Positions 1 through 10,832 of a stretch of 64,000 bases of DNA are shown here, piece by piece. The DNA is taken from positions 32,827 through 96,826 of the forward strand of contig JAKSNW010000004.1 of assembly GCA_024405895.1 (NCBI GenBank), written 5' to 3'. How positions within the stretch are numbered: the stretch's first letter is position 1; each line of letters begins with the position of its first letter. Below the pieces are notes generated by a model. That model worked only from the letters and a program-made list of their open reading frames with translations, did no database searches and was not told where the DNA came from. Made by a program: the position numbers and the translations under genes. Source of the DNA: Paludibacteraceae bacterium (lineage in GTDB: Bacteria > Bacteroidota > Bacteroidia > Bacteroidales > Paludibacteraceae).

Positions 1-565
1 CTTTATGCAAAGCTGCAGCTTTCATGCACATTTGTGATGTAGGAAGATCTACGTCCAAAGTACGAGCGAAGAATGTGCCACGTGCACCAAGGAGAAGCTC
101 TGCTGGATTGAATGGACGTTCTACAGTACCGAATGGTGATGATTTACTTACGAAACCTTTTGGTGAAGTTGGTGAGTACTGACCTTTTGTCAAACCGTAG
201 ATGCGATTGTTGAAGAGGAGTACATTGATATCGATGTTACGACGTACACTATGAATGAAGTGGTTACCACCGATAGCCAAGCAGTCGCCGTCACCAGTAG
301 CCTGCCATACTGTGATTTCAGGATGAGCAGTTTTCAAACCAGTAGCAATGGCGGCGCCACGACCGTGAATGGTGTGGAAACCGTATGTATTCATATAGTA
401 TGGAAGACGGCTTGAGCAACCGATACCTGAGATAACAGCAATCTGATGAGGAGCAACGCCGATTTCAGCCATTGCCTTCTGAAGTGAATTGAGAATGGCG
501 TGGTCGCCGCAACCTGGGCACCATCTTACTGCTTGATCGCTTTTATAGTCTTTGTTTGTAAACAT
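1..565 (-). CDS. korB: 2-oxoacid:ferredoxin oxidoreductase beta subunit (TPP-binding), partial; the 3' end lies outside the window
   Basis: My own minus-strand translation from the ATG at 565 gives MFTNKDYKSDQAVRWCPGCGDHAILNSLQKAMAEIG...ATGDGDCLAIGGNHFIH...LFNNRIYGLTKGQ. These are typical KorB/OorB motifs. It lies directly downstream of the alpha subunit gene. Confidence 0.85.
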   Translation of the reverse strand, partial: MFTNKDYKSDQAVRWCPGCGDHAILNSLQKAMAEIGVAPHQIAVISGIGCSSRLPYYMNTYGFHTIHGRGAAIATGLKTAHPEITVWQATGDGDCLAIGGNHFIHSVRRNIDINVLLFNNRIYGLTKGQYSPTSPKGFVSKSSPFGTVERPFNPAELLLGARGTFFARTLDVDLPTSQMCMKAAALHK

Positions 566-570
566 GATGC

Positions 571-2403
571 TTAGAGAGTTTTAATGTGTTCTACTAATTC
601 ACCAACAGAGAATGGTTGGCCTTCAATCTTATTGTATTGGAGATATTCTCTTGGTACTTGTGAGCGGATATATGTTGCGAACTGACCGTTGTTCAACTCG
701 CAAACAACCACTTTCTTGTACTTCATCAACACATCCTTCGCATTCTTAGGAAGTGGGCAGATGTAGTTGAAGTGAGCGAATGCTGTTGGGTGACCTTCTG
801 CGTTGAGTTGGTTAACAGCGCTGAGCAGGTGACCATAGGTGCTGCCCCAACCTACTACCAAAGTATCTGCATCTTGGTTGCCAAAAACTTTCAACTCAGG
901 GAGTGAGTTAGCCACTTGTTGAACCTTTTGCTGACGCATTTTCACCATCTCAGCATGGTTGACACCGCTTGTTGAGATAGCTGCAGTCTTGTAGTCTTTC
1001 TCCAAGCCACCGTTGCGGTGCATGAAGCCTTCCATGCCAGGGAATGCCCAGTAACGTACTTTGGTCTCTTCGTCGCGAGTTATAGCTTTGAAGCCTTCGC
1101 GTTGAGCCTCTGTAGCGATATGAGGATGAATTTCTGGCAATTCGTTGATGTTTGGCAATTTCCAGAGAGCAGAACCGTTGCCAAGATAAGCATCGGTAAG
1201 GAGGATAACTGGAGTCATGTTCTCCAAAGCAATCTTAGAAGCCATATATGCATAGTGGAAGCAGTCGTCAGAAGTGCTTGCTGCAATAACTACAACTGGT
1301 GACTCACCGTTACGGCCGTAGAGGGCTTGGAGCAAGTCGGTCTGTTCTGTTTTTGTAGGAAGACCGGTTGAAGGACCGCCACGCATTACATCAATCAAGA
1401 CAACTGGAAGTTCAGCCATAACAGCCAAACCGAGAGCCTCAGATTTCAATGCCAAACCAGGACCAGAGGTGCTTGATACAGCCAAGTCGCCACCGAAAGC
1501 AGCACCGATAGCAGTACACATACCAGAGATTTCGTCCTCTACTTGGATAGCCTTAACACCGAGGTCCTTGCGAGCAGCAAGTTCTTGAAGAATATCAGTT
1601 GCTGGTGTGATAGGATAGCTACCAAGGAAGAGTTGACGACCAGAGCGGATACCTGCAGCTACCAAGCCGAAAGCAGTTGCTTTGTTACCGGCGATGATAG
1701 TGTAGCGACCGTGTGGGAGGTCGTCAGCCTCGCTTACATGGAAAGTTGAGATGTTGAGGTGGAGGTTATGACTGTAGTTGAAACCATCGGTCAACACCTT
1801 GGTATTTGCTTCGAGAAGCGCTGGCTTCTTAGCGAATTTGTTACCGAGGAAGTGGATGGCTTTATCCAATGGACGATTGAACAACCAGCAGATAACACCC
1901 AATGCAAACATGTTTTTGCATCTGTCAACTGATTTTGCGTCCATGCCGAAGTCTTTCAAGCTCTCGCGTGTGAGTTTGGTCAAGGCAATTGGCACGAGTT
2001 GAACAGTCTCGGAGATACCAAGTTCTGTGAATGGGTTGTCTGTTGTATAACCGGCTTTCTCCATCTCCTTCTCACCGAATGAGTCTGTGTCAAAGATGAG
2101 CACACTCATTGGTTTGAGCACTTTAGCGTTTACTTTAAGTGCTGCTGGATTCATGGCTACCAAAACATCGGCTTCATCACCAGGGGTGTGGATGCCAGTA
2201 CCAACGTGTACCTGGAATCCAGATACACCGCCTAATGTACCTTGTGGAGCACGGATTTCAGCAGGATAGTCTGGGAATGTCGCAATCTCGTTGCCGAGGA
2301 TTGCAGACAGGTTAGAGAATAGTGTACCGGTGAGCTGCATGCCATCACCAGAGTCGCCGCAGAAGCGGATCACTACGCTCTTACAATTTTCTGCTTGTTT
2401 CAT
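571..2403 (-). CDS. korA: 2-oxoglutarate/2-oxoacid:ferredoxin oxidoreductase alpha subunit
   Basis: 610-aa ORF with an ATG start. It has fused gamma/alpha POR-type domains (FCGDSGDGMQLTG..., GSYPITPATDI) and is adjacent to the beta subunit. Confidence 0.85.
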   Translation of the reverse strand: MKQAENCKSVVIRFCGDSGDGMQLTGTLFSNLSAILGNEIATFPDYPAEIRAPQGTLGGVSGFQVHVGTGIHTPGDEADVLVAMNPAALKVNAKVLKPMSVLIFDTDSFGEKEMEKAGYTTDNPFTELGISETVQLVPIALTKLTRESLKDFGMDAKSVDRCKNMFALGVICWLFNRPLDKAIHFLGNKFAKKPALLEANTKVLTDGFNYSHNLHLNISTFHVSEADDLPHGRYTIIAGNKATAFGLVAAGIRSGRQLFLGSYPITPATDILQELAARKDLGVKAIQVEDEISGMCTAIGAAFGGDLAVSSTSGPGLALKSEALGLAVMAELPVVLIDVMRGGPSTGLPTKTEQTDLLQALYGRNGESPVVVIAASTSDDCFHYAYMASKIALENMTPVILLTDAYLGNGSALWKLPNINELPEIHPHIATEAQREGFKAITRDEETKVRYWAFPGMEGFMHRNGGLEKDYKTAAISTSGVNHAEMVKMRQQKVQQVANSLPELKVFGNQDADTLVVGWGSTYGHLLSAVNQLNAEGHPTAFAHFNYICPLPKNAKDVLMKYKKVVVCELNNGQFATYIRSQVPREYLQYNKIEGQPFSVGELVEHIKTL

Positions 2404-2435
2404 TGTTATTTATATATGTATATTTGTTTAATTTT

Positions 2436-4106
2436 CTATTCTGTCAGTTTGCGGTAACGGACACGTTTTGGCTCTTCATCGCCAAGGCGCATGCGTTTGT
2501 TTTCCTCATATTCGCTGTATGAACCTTCAAAGAAGAATACCTGTGAGTCACCCTCATAAGCAAGGATGTGAGTACAAATACGATCCAAGAACCAACGGTC
2601 GTGGCTGATAACCACGGCGCAGCCGGCAAAGTTCACGAGACCTTCCTCCAAAGCACGAAGTGTATTCACGTCGATATCGTTGGTAGGCTCGTCAAGGAGG
2701 AGAACATTGGCTTCGCTCTTCAGAGTCAGGGCGAGGTGAAGTCTGTTACGTTCACCACCTGAAAGCATGCCACAGAGTTTCTCCTGGTCGGCACCGGTGA
2801 AGTTGAAGCGTGAGAGATAAGCACGTGCGCTGATCTCGCGACCGCCCACACGGATATATTCTGTTCCTCCGCTGACTACTTGGAAGATGGTCTTCTCTGG
2901 ATCGATATCTTTGTGCATTTGGTCAACATATCCAACCTTAACGGTTTCGCCGACTTCAAATGTACCTTTGTCCACACTTTCCATTCCCATAATCATACGG
3001 AACAATGTGGTCTTACCTGCGCCGTTAGGGCCGATGATACCAACAATGCCGTTAGGTGGAAGTGTAAAGTTCATGTTTTCAAACAACAGCTTGTCGCCGA
3101 ATGCTTTCGCTACGTCAATAGCATTGATAACCTTATTGCCGAGACGTGGACCATTAGGAATAAAGATTTCCAATTTCTCTTCACGTGCCTTCTGGTCTTC
3201 ATTCAAAAGGGCGTCGTAGGCATTCAAACGGGCTTTGCCTTTGGCATGACGTGCTGATGGAGCCATACGCACCCATTCCAACTCGCGTTCCAAAGTCTTG
3301 CGGCGTTTGCTTGCCTGCTTTTCCTCTTGGGCCATGCGTTGAGTTTTCTGCTCCAACCAACCGCTATAGTTACCTTTCCAAGGAATACCTTCGCCGCGGT
3401 CAAGTTCGAGAATCCAACCGGCCACATGATCAAGGAAGTAGCGGTCGTGGGTGATGGCAATTACAGTGCCTGCATATTGCTGCAAGTGTTGTTCCAACCA
3501 GTCGATACTCTCGGCGTCAAGGTGGTTGGTAGGCTCGTCAAGCAACAAGATATCTGGTTCCTGAAGCAACAGACGGCAGAGAGCCACGCGACGACGTTCA
3601 CCTCCGGAGAGGTTCTTCATCACAGCGTTTTCGTCTGGGCAACGAAGTGCAGTCATTGCACGTTCCAATTTATTGTCAAGATTCCATGCATCATGCTGGT
3701 CAAGCATTTCTTGAAGTTCTGTTTGACGAGCAAGCAGTTTATCAAAATCAGCATCTGGGTCAGCGAATTTCTCATTCACCTCATCAAATTCCTTAAGCAT
3801 GTCAACAATATGAGCCATGCCTTCGCGAACGACCTCGATTACTGTTTTTTCTTCATCGAATTTAGGTTCCTGTTCAAGATAACCCACAGAATAGCCAGGC
3901 GAGAAAACCACTTCACCTTCATAGCTCTTCTCTACGCCTGCAATGATTTTCATCAACGTAGATTTACCGGTACCATTCAAACCGATGATGCCGATCTTAG
4001 CGCCATAGAAGAAGGACAAGTAGATGTTCTTCAACACTTGCTTGTGCGGTGGAAACGTCTTGCTGACGTTAACCATCGAGAAAATAATTTTTTTATCGTC
4101 TGCCAT
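2436..4106 (-). CDS. ettA: ABC-F ATPase, energy-dependent translational throttle EttA-like
   Basis: 556 aa with two ABC cassettes (GLNGTGKST / GPNGAGKTT, two LSGGE signatures) and no TM domain. Length and N-terminus (FSMVNVSKTFPPHKQVLKNI) are typical of EttA. Confidence 0.85.
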   Translation of the reverse strand: MADDKKIIFSMVNVSKTFPPHKQVLKNIYLSFFYGAKIGIIGLNGTGKSTLMKIIAGVEKSYEGEVVFSPGYSVGYLEQEPKFDEEKTVIEVVREGMAHIVDMLKEFDEVNEKFADPDADFDKLLARQTELQEMLDQHDAWNLDNKLERAMTALRCPDENAVMKNLSGGERRRVALCRLLLQEPDILLLDEPTNHLDAESIDWLEQHLQQYAGTVIAITHDRYFLDHVAGWILELDRGEGIPWKGNYSGWLEQKTQRMAQEEKQASKRRKTLERELEWVRMAPSARHAKGKARLNAYDALLNEDQKAREEKLEIFIPNGPRLGNKVINAIDVAKAFGDKLLFENMNFTLPPNGIVGIIGPNGAGKTTLFRMIMGMESVDKGTFEVGETVKVGYVDQMHKDIDPEKTIFQVVSGGTEYIRVGGREISARAYLSRFNFTGADQEKLCGMLSGGERNRLHLALTLKSEANVLLLDEPTNDIDVNTLRALEEGLVNFAGCAVVISHDRWFLDRICTHILAYEGDSQVFFFEGSYSEYEENKRMRLGDEEPKRVRYRKLTE

Positions 4107-4239
4107 AATAAGTGTGCCTCACCGCTCCGAAAAAGGTCAATTTCTCGGAGGACAAAGCCGTTTTTTTATCATTAGTTTCTTTGCTATAGGCTGAATATGA
4201 AAGCAGTAACAACCACCACCTTCTCTGCCAATATTCCTA

Positions 4240-4247
4240 CAAAGATA
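4240..4247 (-). promoter_or_regulatory. Bacteroidota -7 promoter box (TATCTTTG on the minus strand) upstream of ettA
   Basis: The plus strand reads CAAAGATA, which matches TAnnTTTG on the coding strand of the downstream gene. Confidence 0.4.
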
Positions 4248-4351
4248 GCGCAACACAACCACAATACCAAATAAATTCTTGAGTTTATGCGATTATTCGA
4301 TTATAGAGAAATTCAGGCCATATTACCTACTGATTTTACAACAAAAAATCC

Positions 4352-4383
4352 GGGAAGCATTGCCTCCCGGATTCTATATATAT
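4352..4383 (-). terminator. Rho-independent terminator of the HU/SPOR gene
   Basis: Hairpin ATCCGGGA-N9-TCCCGGAT, followed on the minus strand by a T run (the A run at 4353-4358 on plus). Confidence 0.6.
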
Positions 4384-4405
4384 TATAATGTATCGTTTCT
4401 TTTGT

Positions 4406-5386
4406 TTATTGACGGAGCATCCATGCTCGTCGCATATTAGGGCGTGTCTGACGGACGTATTCAATATATCCCAGCGCCTCATCTTTCAATGAGAAGCTAC
4501 GGAGAGAAACACGATAAGTTTCTCCTTCACCAACAACAAGAACCTGTGGTTCGTCGCCCTCTTCCAAAATCAGTTGATCAATAAAATGTTCAGCAGACTG
4601 TCTACTTGGAAGACTGGCAATTATCACATGGTGACGTTTTTCGTTTTTCTGCTCAGGTTTGGTTTTAGAATTACCAGTACCATACAAAGCAGATACAGAA
4701 GGGACAACGTTGGGAGCAAGCACAAACTTTTCCACCTTCGGCATCTCTGCAACCTCCTCAACAGCCTCTTCAACAGGTGCAGAAGTTACACGCATGGTAT
4801 CACACTCCCATGTCGGCACAAAGAAACCTGCTTTCTGACTGGTTTGATTGTGAAGTGGAGCCATCGATAAGCCAAGCACAACAGCCACAATGGAAGCATA
4901 GCGAAGCATTCGCCTTGACAATGTGATATGAATCGTATCTTTTGTCTTCTCTGCTTCTGCAGCAGTCTCTACTGCAATCATTTCCGGCAATCGAAGCATA
5001 GGCATCGCCATATTCTCCGGCAGATAGACAGCAGCCATTGGAGTAAAGTCAAGATTACCTTCTGCTGTCTTAACAAACGAGCCAATACGACCAAGTTCAT
5101 ATTTCTGACCCGCATTAACTGTTTCAAGAAGTACACTCACTTCTTCTCGTACCAAAGCAGAAGCCTCAACGAATGAAATCTCGCGTTCTTGCATCAAAGA
5201 CTGAGCCAGCAATCCATCCTCATGATTCAACAAAGCATTAAATCCGACTCTGTAGGAAGGTGAATTAAGCATTCCGTCAGACACGTAAGCGCTTTGTCGC
5301 TGAGTGACGAAACCACCTAAACCAGCAACAATTACACACTCCTGTTCACGGAGCAATCGTTCGATATGTTGAGCTATCGTTTGCAT
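4406..5386 (-). CDS. HU-like N-terminal domain / C-terminal SPOR domain protein
   Basis: 326 aa. The N-terminus (IERLLREQECVIVAGLGGF) resembles bacterial HU-CCDC81-like domains. There is one central TM segment. The C-terminus (HHVIIASLPSRQSAEHFIDQL...YRVSLRSF) is SPOR-like. Confidence 0.6.
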   Translation of the reverse strand: MQTIAQHIERLLREQECVIVAGLGGFVTQRQSAYVSDGMLNSPSYRVGFNALLNHEDGLLAQSLMQEREISFVEASALVREEVSVLLETVNAGQKYELGRIGSFVKTAEGNLDFTPMAAVYLPENMAMPMLRLPEMIAVETAAEAEKTKDTIHITLSRRMLRYASIVAVVLGLSMAPLHNQTSQKAGFFVPTWECDTMRVTSAPVEEAVEEVAEMPKVEKFVLAPNVVPSVSALYGTGNSKTKPEQKNEKRHHVIIASLPSRQSAEHFIDQLILEEGDEPQVLVVGEGETYRVSLRSFSLKDEALGYIEYVRQTRPNMRRAWMLRQ

Positions 5387-5552
5387 GCCACAAAGGTAAT
5401 GTTATTCGGGGAGATAAAAAAGTGTTTGCCAGTTTTTTTATCCACAACAAAACGATTTCTATTTCAAGAGACTGAACCTTACCGAAATACACACAAAAAA
5501 AGATGGGCTACCCGACAGGGGCAGTCCATCTTATACTTTATCAGTCTGGATA

Positions 5553-5813
5553 TTAGTCAGCCAAACCTATGCAGTCGCTTTGAGCTTTGTTTACTCTTTT
5601 CTTAGTAACGCTCTTTACGCCTGGAACTTTCTTTGCATTTTCAACGTATGTGTCAACAGCGTCTTTCTCACCATAGAAGTAAGTTTTTGTTTCTACTGTT
5701 TGACCCATTACTTCTGCTTTTGTTGTTACGATGTAGCATGCATCGTCATCACATGATGTGAAACCACAAGCGCATACGGCAACGAATGCCAATACACCAA
5801 AGAATTTCTTCAT
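5553..5813 (-). CDS. small lipoprotein, unknown function
   Basis: The internal ATG at 5813 gives MKKFFGVLAFVAVCACGFTSC, a lipobox signal peptide. The longer ORF-track start has no support. Confidence 0.6.
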   Translation of the reverse strand: MKKFFGVLAFVAVCACGFTSCDDDACYIVTTKAEVMGQTVETKTYFYGEKDAVDTYVENAKKVPGVKSVTKKRVNKAQSDCIGLAD

Positions 5814-5939
5814 AATCTTTTTGTTTTTAGTTATTAAATATAGTGTTGATATTGATATAATTACTATTCGCTTTCCAATAATTGTCTCGAACTTTGACAT
5901 GTCTAAAAAGTTCATCCACAATTATTCTCTTACGCGCTG

Positions 5940-5947
5940 CAAAGATA
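5940..5947 (-). promoter_or_regulatory. -7 promoter box (TATCTTTG on the minus strand)
   Basis: CAAAGATA on plus, upstream of the small lipoprotein gene. Confidence 0.35.
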
Positions 5948-5982
5948 GCATTTTTTATTATACAATAATATCTCGAGAACTA

Positions 5983-6621
5983 TTATTTTACATTTTTCTT
6001 TACCCAAGCATCATTTATGCAATAGAAACGCAAAGGTAAATCTATCAATTTTTGTTCGCGAGCAGCACTATGAAAAGCATTATACAAATCCATCGGAAAA
6101 ACGAACGGCTGCGCTTCAGTTCCTTCCACAATTCTAACGAATACAAGGCCACTTCGAGTCAATTCTTTGAAATAGAACTCACCACCCGCAAAAGTCTGCT
6201 CCGCTCCTTCTGTATCGAAACTGCCAGCACGAAGTTCATGCTTAATAATCTCTATCACTACATCATTAAGTCCTGACTCAAAGATAAAAATCTTTTCATT
6301 CAGTTCGTCGAGTGAAGAGACTACCCTACACTTGTAATTCGCAAATTCAGGATTACCCGATAGCGAAAAACCCGGCATTTTATCGCTTGGATTTGCAACC
6401 AACCACACCATGAACTGATGATTCATATCGTGATAAAGTGTCGGATTAGGCAATATGAAATCGCCACCACATTTTTCACAGTGAAAATGGAACATGCTGC
6501 CGTCAAGAACTTTTTCACGAAGTTCCGGATTAAGGGTAGCATTTACAGACGTCCAAACTTTGAACGCACCATCCTCACCGCATTTCGGGCACTTTATCGT
6601 AATATCGTGAACCTCAGCCAT
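5983..6621 (-). CDS. CpXC domain-containing protein
   Basis: 212 aa with two CxxC pairs (CPKCG ... CEKCG) in the arrangement typical of the CpXC family. Confidence 0.6.
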   Translation of the reverse strand: MAEVHDITIKCPKCGEDGAFKVWTSVNATLNPELREKVLDGSMFHFHCEKCGGDFILPNPTLYHDMNHQFMVWLVANPSDKMPGFSLSGNPEFANYKCRVVSSLDELNEKIFIFESGLNDVVIEIIKHELRAGSFDTEGAEQTFAGGEFYFKELTRSGLVFVRIVEGTEAQPFVFPMDLYNAFHSAAREQKLIDLPLRFYCINDAWVKKNVK

Positions 6622-6640
6622 AATATTTTTTCAGCAAGTA

Positions 6641-8170
6641 TTAGTGTTTAAAGTGACGCATACCACTGAAGAGCATGCTGATGCCAAGTTCGTTAGCTTT
6701 CTTTACAGAATCTTCGTCGCGAACACTACCACCTGGTTGAACAATATCTGTTACACCATACTGATTAGCCATGGTTACAGTATCGTCGAATGGGAAGAAA
6801 GCATCAGAAGCAAGCACAAGACCCTCGGTATAGCCATTTGCTTTTGCTTGTTTCAAAGCGATTTCTGCAGAACCGACACGATTCATTTGGCCTGCGCCAA
6901 CACCAAGTGTCATGCCATTTTTAACGACAACGATAGCATTTGATTTCACGTGTTTTACGATGCGGAGACCGAATGCCATATCTTTCATAGCCTCAGCAGA
7001 AGGCTTCTTGTCTGTAACGCACATATCCAAAGAGAGTTCCGCCATCTTCTGGTCGGCATCCTGAGCGAGCAAGCCGCCGGTAACGCTGACGTAACGTTTC
7101 AAAGATTTGGTCTCTGGAGTCATGTCAACGATCATGAGACGAAGGTTTTTCTTTGTTGAGAGGAGTGCCAAAGCGTCCTCGTCAAAAGCCGGAGCGATTA
7201 CAATTTCCAAGAAAATTGGTTTCAACATCTCAGCCAATGCTTTTGTAACAGGACGGTTAACTGCCACAATGCCGCCAAAGATACTTACTTTGTCAGCCTC
7301 GTATGCTTTTTGCCATGCCTCTTCAATAGTTGCGCCAACGGCGGCACCACATGGATTCATATGTTTCAAACCTACGCAGAATGGCTCCGAAAACTCACGT
7401 GTGAGTTCCAAAGCAGCACTGGCATCTTGGATATTGTTGTAGCTAAGTTCTTTTCCTTGCAACTGTTTGCCGAAAGCAAGAGAGAAAGGATGAGCCTCAG
7501 CGCCACGATAGAATTTGGCAGATTGATGTGGGTTCTCGCCATAGCGGAGGCTTTGAACCAAATCGTACTCCAAGAAGAGTTTCTCGTTCAAGCCTGCTTT
7601 ATCGCGCATAAATGTAGCGATACACATGTCGTATTCAGCAGTATGAGTATAAGCCTCTGCGCTAAGTTGAAGACGAGTCTCTACAGTTGTGTTACCATGT
7701 TGCTTGATTTCCTCAATGATACGGTTGTAATTAGCAGGATTGCAAACTACAGTAACATCGCGATAGTTCTTTGCAGCACTACGTAACATAGAAGGACCAC
7801 CTATGTCAATATGTTCGATGGCATCTTCCATAGTTACATCAGGTTTAGCGATTGTCTCACGGAAAGGATACAGGTTAACGCAAACCATATCGATGAATTC
7901 GATTTGATTCTCCTTGAGTGCCTGGAGGTGTGAAGGTTCGTCGCGACGAGCCAAGAGACCGCCATGAACTTTTGGGTGAAGTGTTTTTACACGACCGTCA
8001 CAGATTTCAGGAAAACCTGTCACATCGCTAATGTTAATCACTTCAAGACCGGAATCACGGAGAAGTTTCATCGTACCACCAGTAGCGATGATATCCCAAC
8101 CAAGTTTTTTCAGGTTAGTGGCAAACTCCACAACACCTGTTTTATCACTTACGCTAAATAATGCTCTCAT
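6641..8170 (-). CDS. purH: bifunctional AICAR transformylase / IMP cyclohydrolase
   Basis: [17 protein letters not shown]...[10 protein letters not shown]... and the C-terminus ([30 protein letters not shown]) are diagnostic. I chose the ATG at 8170; the track start at 8200 is a TTG. Confidence 0.92.
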   Translation of the reverse strand: MRALFSVSDKTGVVEFATNLKKLGWDIIATGGTMKLLRDSGLEVINISDVTGFPEICDGRVKTLHPKVHGGLLARRDEPSHLQALKENQIEFIDMVCVNLYPFRETIAKPDVTMEDAIEHIDIGGPSMLRSAAKNYRDVTVVCNPANYNRIIEEIKQHGNTTVETRLQLSAEAYTHTAEYDMCIATFMRDKAGLNEKLFLEYDLVQSLRYGENPHQSAKFYRGAEAHPFSLAFGKQLQGKELSYNNIQDASAALELTREFSEPFCVGLKHMNPCGAAVGATIEEAWQKAYEADKVSIFGGIVAVNRPVTKALAEMLKPIFLEIVIAPAFDEDALALLSTKKNLRLMIVDMTPETKSLKRYVSVTGGLLAQDADQKMAELSLDMCVTDKKPSAEAMKDMAFGLRIVKHVKSNAIVVVKNGMTLGVGAGQMNRVGSAEIALKQAKANGYTEGLVLASDAFFPFDDTVTMANQYGVTDIVQPGGSVRDEDSVKKANELGISMLFSGMRHFKH

Positions 8171-8209
8171 TGTATTATTGTTGTATTGTTTATTATTCAA
8201 ATCTTAGAA

Positions 8210-8782
8210 TTATCTCTTGCAGAATTCTGCCACAGCTTCGGCATAAAGCACATGCTCAATGGCATGAATCTTCGCTTCCACCTCATCGCGGTCATTACCA
8301 TGATACTCAAAACCACGTTGAGCCAAAATAGTACCACCATCCACTGTCTCGTCGATCAAGTGAACGGTAACACCAAACACTTTCACTCCAAAGTTGAAAG
8401 CATCATCAATAGCATGTGCGCCCTTGAACGAAGGCAAGAGTGCAGGATGAATGTTGATGATTTTGTTTGCATAGGCAGACAGCAATGTCTGTCCCACGAT
8501 TCTCATATAGCCTGCCAGGCAAATGAAATCAACTTTCTCACGTTGTAGTTCCTCAACAATGGCACGTTCATAATCTTCTTTCGAAGCAAATGTCTTTGGA
8601 ACGAGTACAAGACTTCTTACATTATGATTTGCAGCACGTTCAATCACATAAGCCTGAGGTTTGTCGCAGACCATAAGAACCACCTCAATAGGTAGTTGTC
8701 CGTTTTCGGAGGCTTGGACCAATGCCTCAAAATTAGTGCCACTGCCGGAAGCAAAGATGGCAACGCGTTTTTTATTATTCAT
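8210..8782 (-). CDS. purN: phosphoribosylglycinamide formyltransferase
   Basis: 190 aa with VAIFASGSGTNFEAL, CLAGYMRI and NIHPALLPSFKG motifs. It sits upstream of purH. Confidence 0.9.
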   Translation of the reverse strand: MNNKKRVAIFASGSGTNFEALVQASENGQLPIEVVLMVCDKPQAYVIERAANHNVRSLVLVPKTFASKEDYERAIVEELQREKVDFICLAGYMRIVGQTLLSAYANKIINIHPALLPSFKGAHAIDDAFNFGVKVFGVTVHLIDETVDGGTILAQRGFEYHGNDRDEVEAKIHAIEHVLYAEAVAEFCKR

Positions 8783-8809
8783 TCAGAGATATTCTTTTTC
8801 TATGACTTG

Positions 8810-8817
8810 CAAAGATA
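8810..8817 (-). promoter_or_regulatory. -7 promoter box (TATCTTTG on the minus strand) for purN-purH
   Basis: CAAAGATA on plus, about 28 nt upstream of the purN ATG. Confidence 0.45.
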
Positions 8818-8950
8818 CGAGTTTTTCCGCACTATACAATATATTATATAACCAAAAAAACGGAGCTTTCTCACGAAAGCCCCGCCTTGCTCCAAAAAAG
8901 TATAGTATATAATGAGTTAGATTTGTTCTGAAATCGGTTTTTCCATATTG

Positions 8951-9649
8951 TTATTGTTTAACATGGAAATAAGTAAGTTCCTTTGGTTTTTCCAGAGTAT
9001 TGCCATAGTGCCATACTCCCAGCACCAAACCATTTGGATGAGCAGCAACGTATTTGCTCAAGTCAAATGACAGAATCGAACGATATTCACGGCCTTGTGA
9101 GTCATTGTGAGCATTGTGACAAAGTTCCACATAAACAGTATCACCCTCATCTGCCATAACAGACATTACATTGTTATGCATCAAAGCGATACGGTGTTTA
9201 TTCAGTCCGCTTGCCGAAAGATTCATAAACACATTCAGATAGCGTCCTGTAACAAAAAGACCATTTGCATTCAATCTGTAGCGATCGGCTCCCAAAGCAT
9301 TTACCATTTCTTGCGTATTGGCTTCTACAACAGTATCAACAGCAACAGGCAAGAGTGCAATGGCATCCATGGTATAGGTGTATCCCGGAAGGGAGTGTTT
9401 GTCGTCAGCCATATAGCCTTCAACATAATAACGCATATTGACAACAGAATCCTTCACCGACAAAGAAGGAATCAATCCCATTGTCGTACTGTCATCCATC
9501 ATCAAATAGCCATCGCCCATGGCATTAGCCCTCATCTCACCGATTGCAAAAGAGAGATTTGTAGAAGACCCTTTATCGTCTGGGAAACAGGACGTCAACA
9601 CTCCTATTATCACCAAAAGTACAGATAGTTTATAAATTATTGTTCGCAT
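8951..9649 (-). CDS. lipoprotein of unknown function (possibly NigD-like)
   Basis: The ATG at 9649 gives MRTIIYKLSVLLVIIGVLTSC (lipobox). The size and two-domain feel resemble NigD-like proteins, but this was not verified. Confidence 0.55.
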   Translation of the reverse strand: MRTIIYKLSVLLVIIGVLTSCFPDDKGSSTNLSFAIGEMRANAMGDGYLMMDDSTTMGLIPSLSVKDSVVNMRYYVEGYMADDKHSLPGYTYTMDAIALLPVAVDTVVEANTQEMVNALGADRYRLNANGLFVTGRYLNVFMNLSASGLNKHRIALMHNNVMSVMADEGDTVYVELCHNAHNDSQGREYRSILSFDLSKYVAAHPNGLVLGVWHYGNTLEKPKELTYFHVKQ

Positions 9650-9820
9650 ATTTTTTCTTTTTCTGCTGCTATGACGAACGAGCAAGCCATTTCGTTGCAG
9701 CAAATATCGACTTTAACTATATTTTAACACTTCTCCACTAAATACGGCCTTCTTTCCACAACAAAAGAGTACCGAACAGTCAGTACTCTTTCATTATATA
9801 TAATATTGTAGGCCGAAAGT

Positions 9821-10768
9821 CTACAGCCAGTTTTTACGTTTGAAATAGTAAAGAATGGCTGCTACAGAGAATACCATCAAACCTATCGCCCAAACATAGC
9901 CGTAGTGCCAATGGAGTTCCGGCATGAAATCGAAGTTCATGCCATACATACTAGCCACAAGGGTTGGAGGCAAGAAGATGACAGATACGATGGTAAAGAT
10001 CTTGATAATCTTGTTCTGCTGGATATTAACAAGACCAAGGAATGTATCCTGCAGATACTCCAGACGGTCGAACGAGAATCGTGTATATTCAAACAAAGAG
10101 TTGATATCCTTGATGATTACTGAAAGTTTCTCTTTTACATCAGACGGAAGAATCAAACTCTTCAACATATTACTGCAGACACGTTGTTTATCCACGATAT
10201 TCTCACGGATAATCATTGTTTTCTCTTGCAGGTCCTTGATATCAATAAGGATATCATCCGACACATCGTCATCAGTTTTCAAACGCATAGAGAGTTTGGT
10301 AATCTCTCGCGTCATATCCTCAATCATGTCGGCATCGTAGTCAACACGAGTCTCGAGCAAGGCTACAAGCACATGGAAACCGGTAGGATAGTTGCGCGTA
10401 TTGGCAAACATCTTACGAACGGTCTCGTTGAATGAGCGCAACTGCTGACTGCGAACGGTCACCAGGATACCATTCTTAACGATAAACGAAATGGTTTCTT
10501 CCTCATAGTTCTCAAGCAGGAACTTTGAGTTAGCCACAAGAGTATCTGTTGTTTCTATGTAACGTGAGGAAATCTCAATCTCCTCCATCTCCTCTTCCTC
10601 TTGAATATAAATCTTAAGGAACTGCTCCAAAGCCTCTTCCACCTCTTCGGTTACGTCGTTGAGGTCCAGCCACAGCAGTTTCTCAATTGGAATATTCTTA
10701 ACGTTCTCCAGTGATTGTTCCACTTTCAAACGGCCTTCTTCGCGATAAAATACTTTTAATCCTGACAT
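9821..10768 (-). CDS. corA: CorA-family magnesium/cobalt transporter
   Basis: 315 aa with a C-terminal YGMNF (GMN) motif between two TM helices. Confidence 0.88.
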   Translation of the reverse strand: MSGLKVFYREEGRLKVEQSLENVKNIPIEKLLWLDLNDVTEEVEEALEQFLKIYIQEEEEMEEIEISSRYIETTDTLVANSKFLLENYEEETISFIVKNGILVTVRSQQLRSFNETVRKMFANTRNYPTGFHVLVALLETRVDYDADMIEDMTREITKLSMRLKTDDDVSDDILIDIKDLQEKTMIIRENIVDKQRVCSNMLKSLILPSDVKEKLSVIIKDINSLFEYTRFSFDRLEYLQDTFLGLVNIQQNKIIKIFTIVSVIFLPPTLVASMYGMNFDFMPELHWHYGYVWAIGLMVFSVAAILYYFKRKNWL

Positions 10769-10832
10769 CGGTCTAAATTGCTTTTTTGAGGTTTGACCTT
10801 ATCCTTGCGAAGAATATTCACTTCCGCAAGGG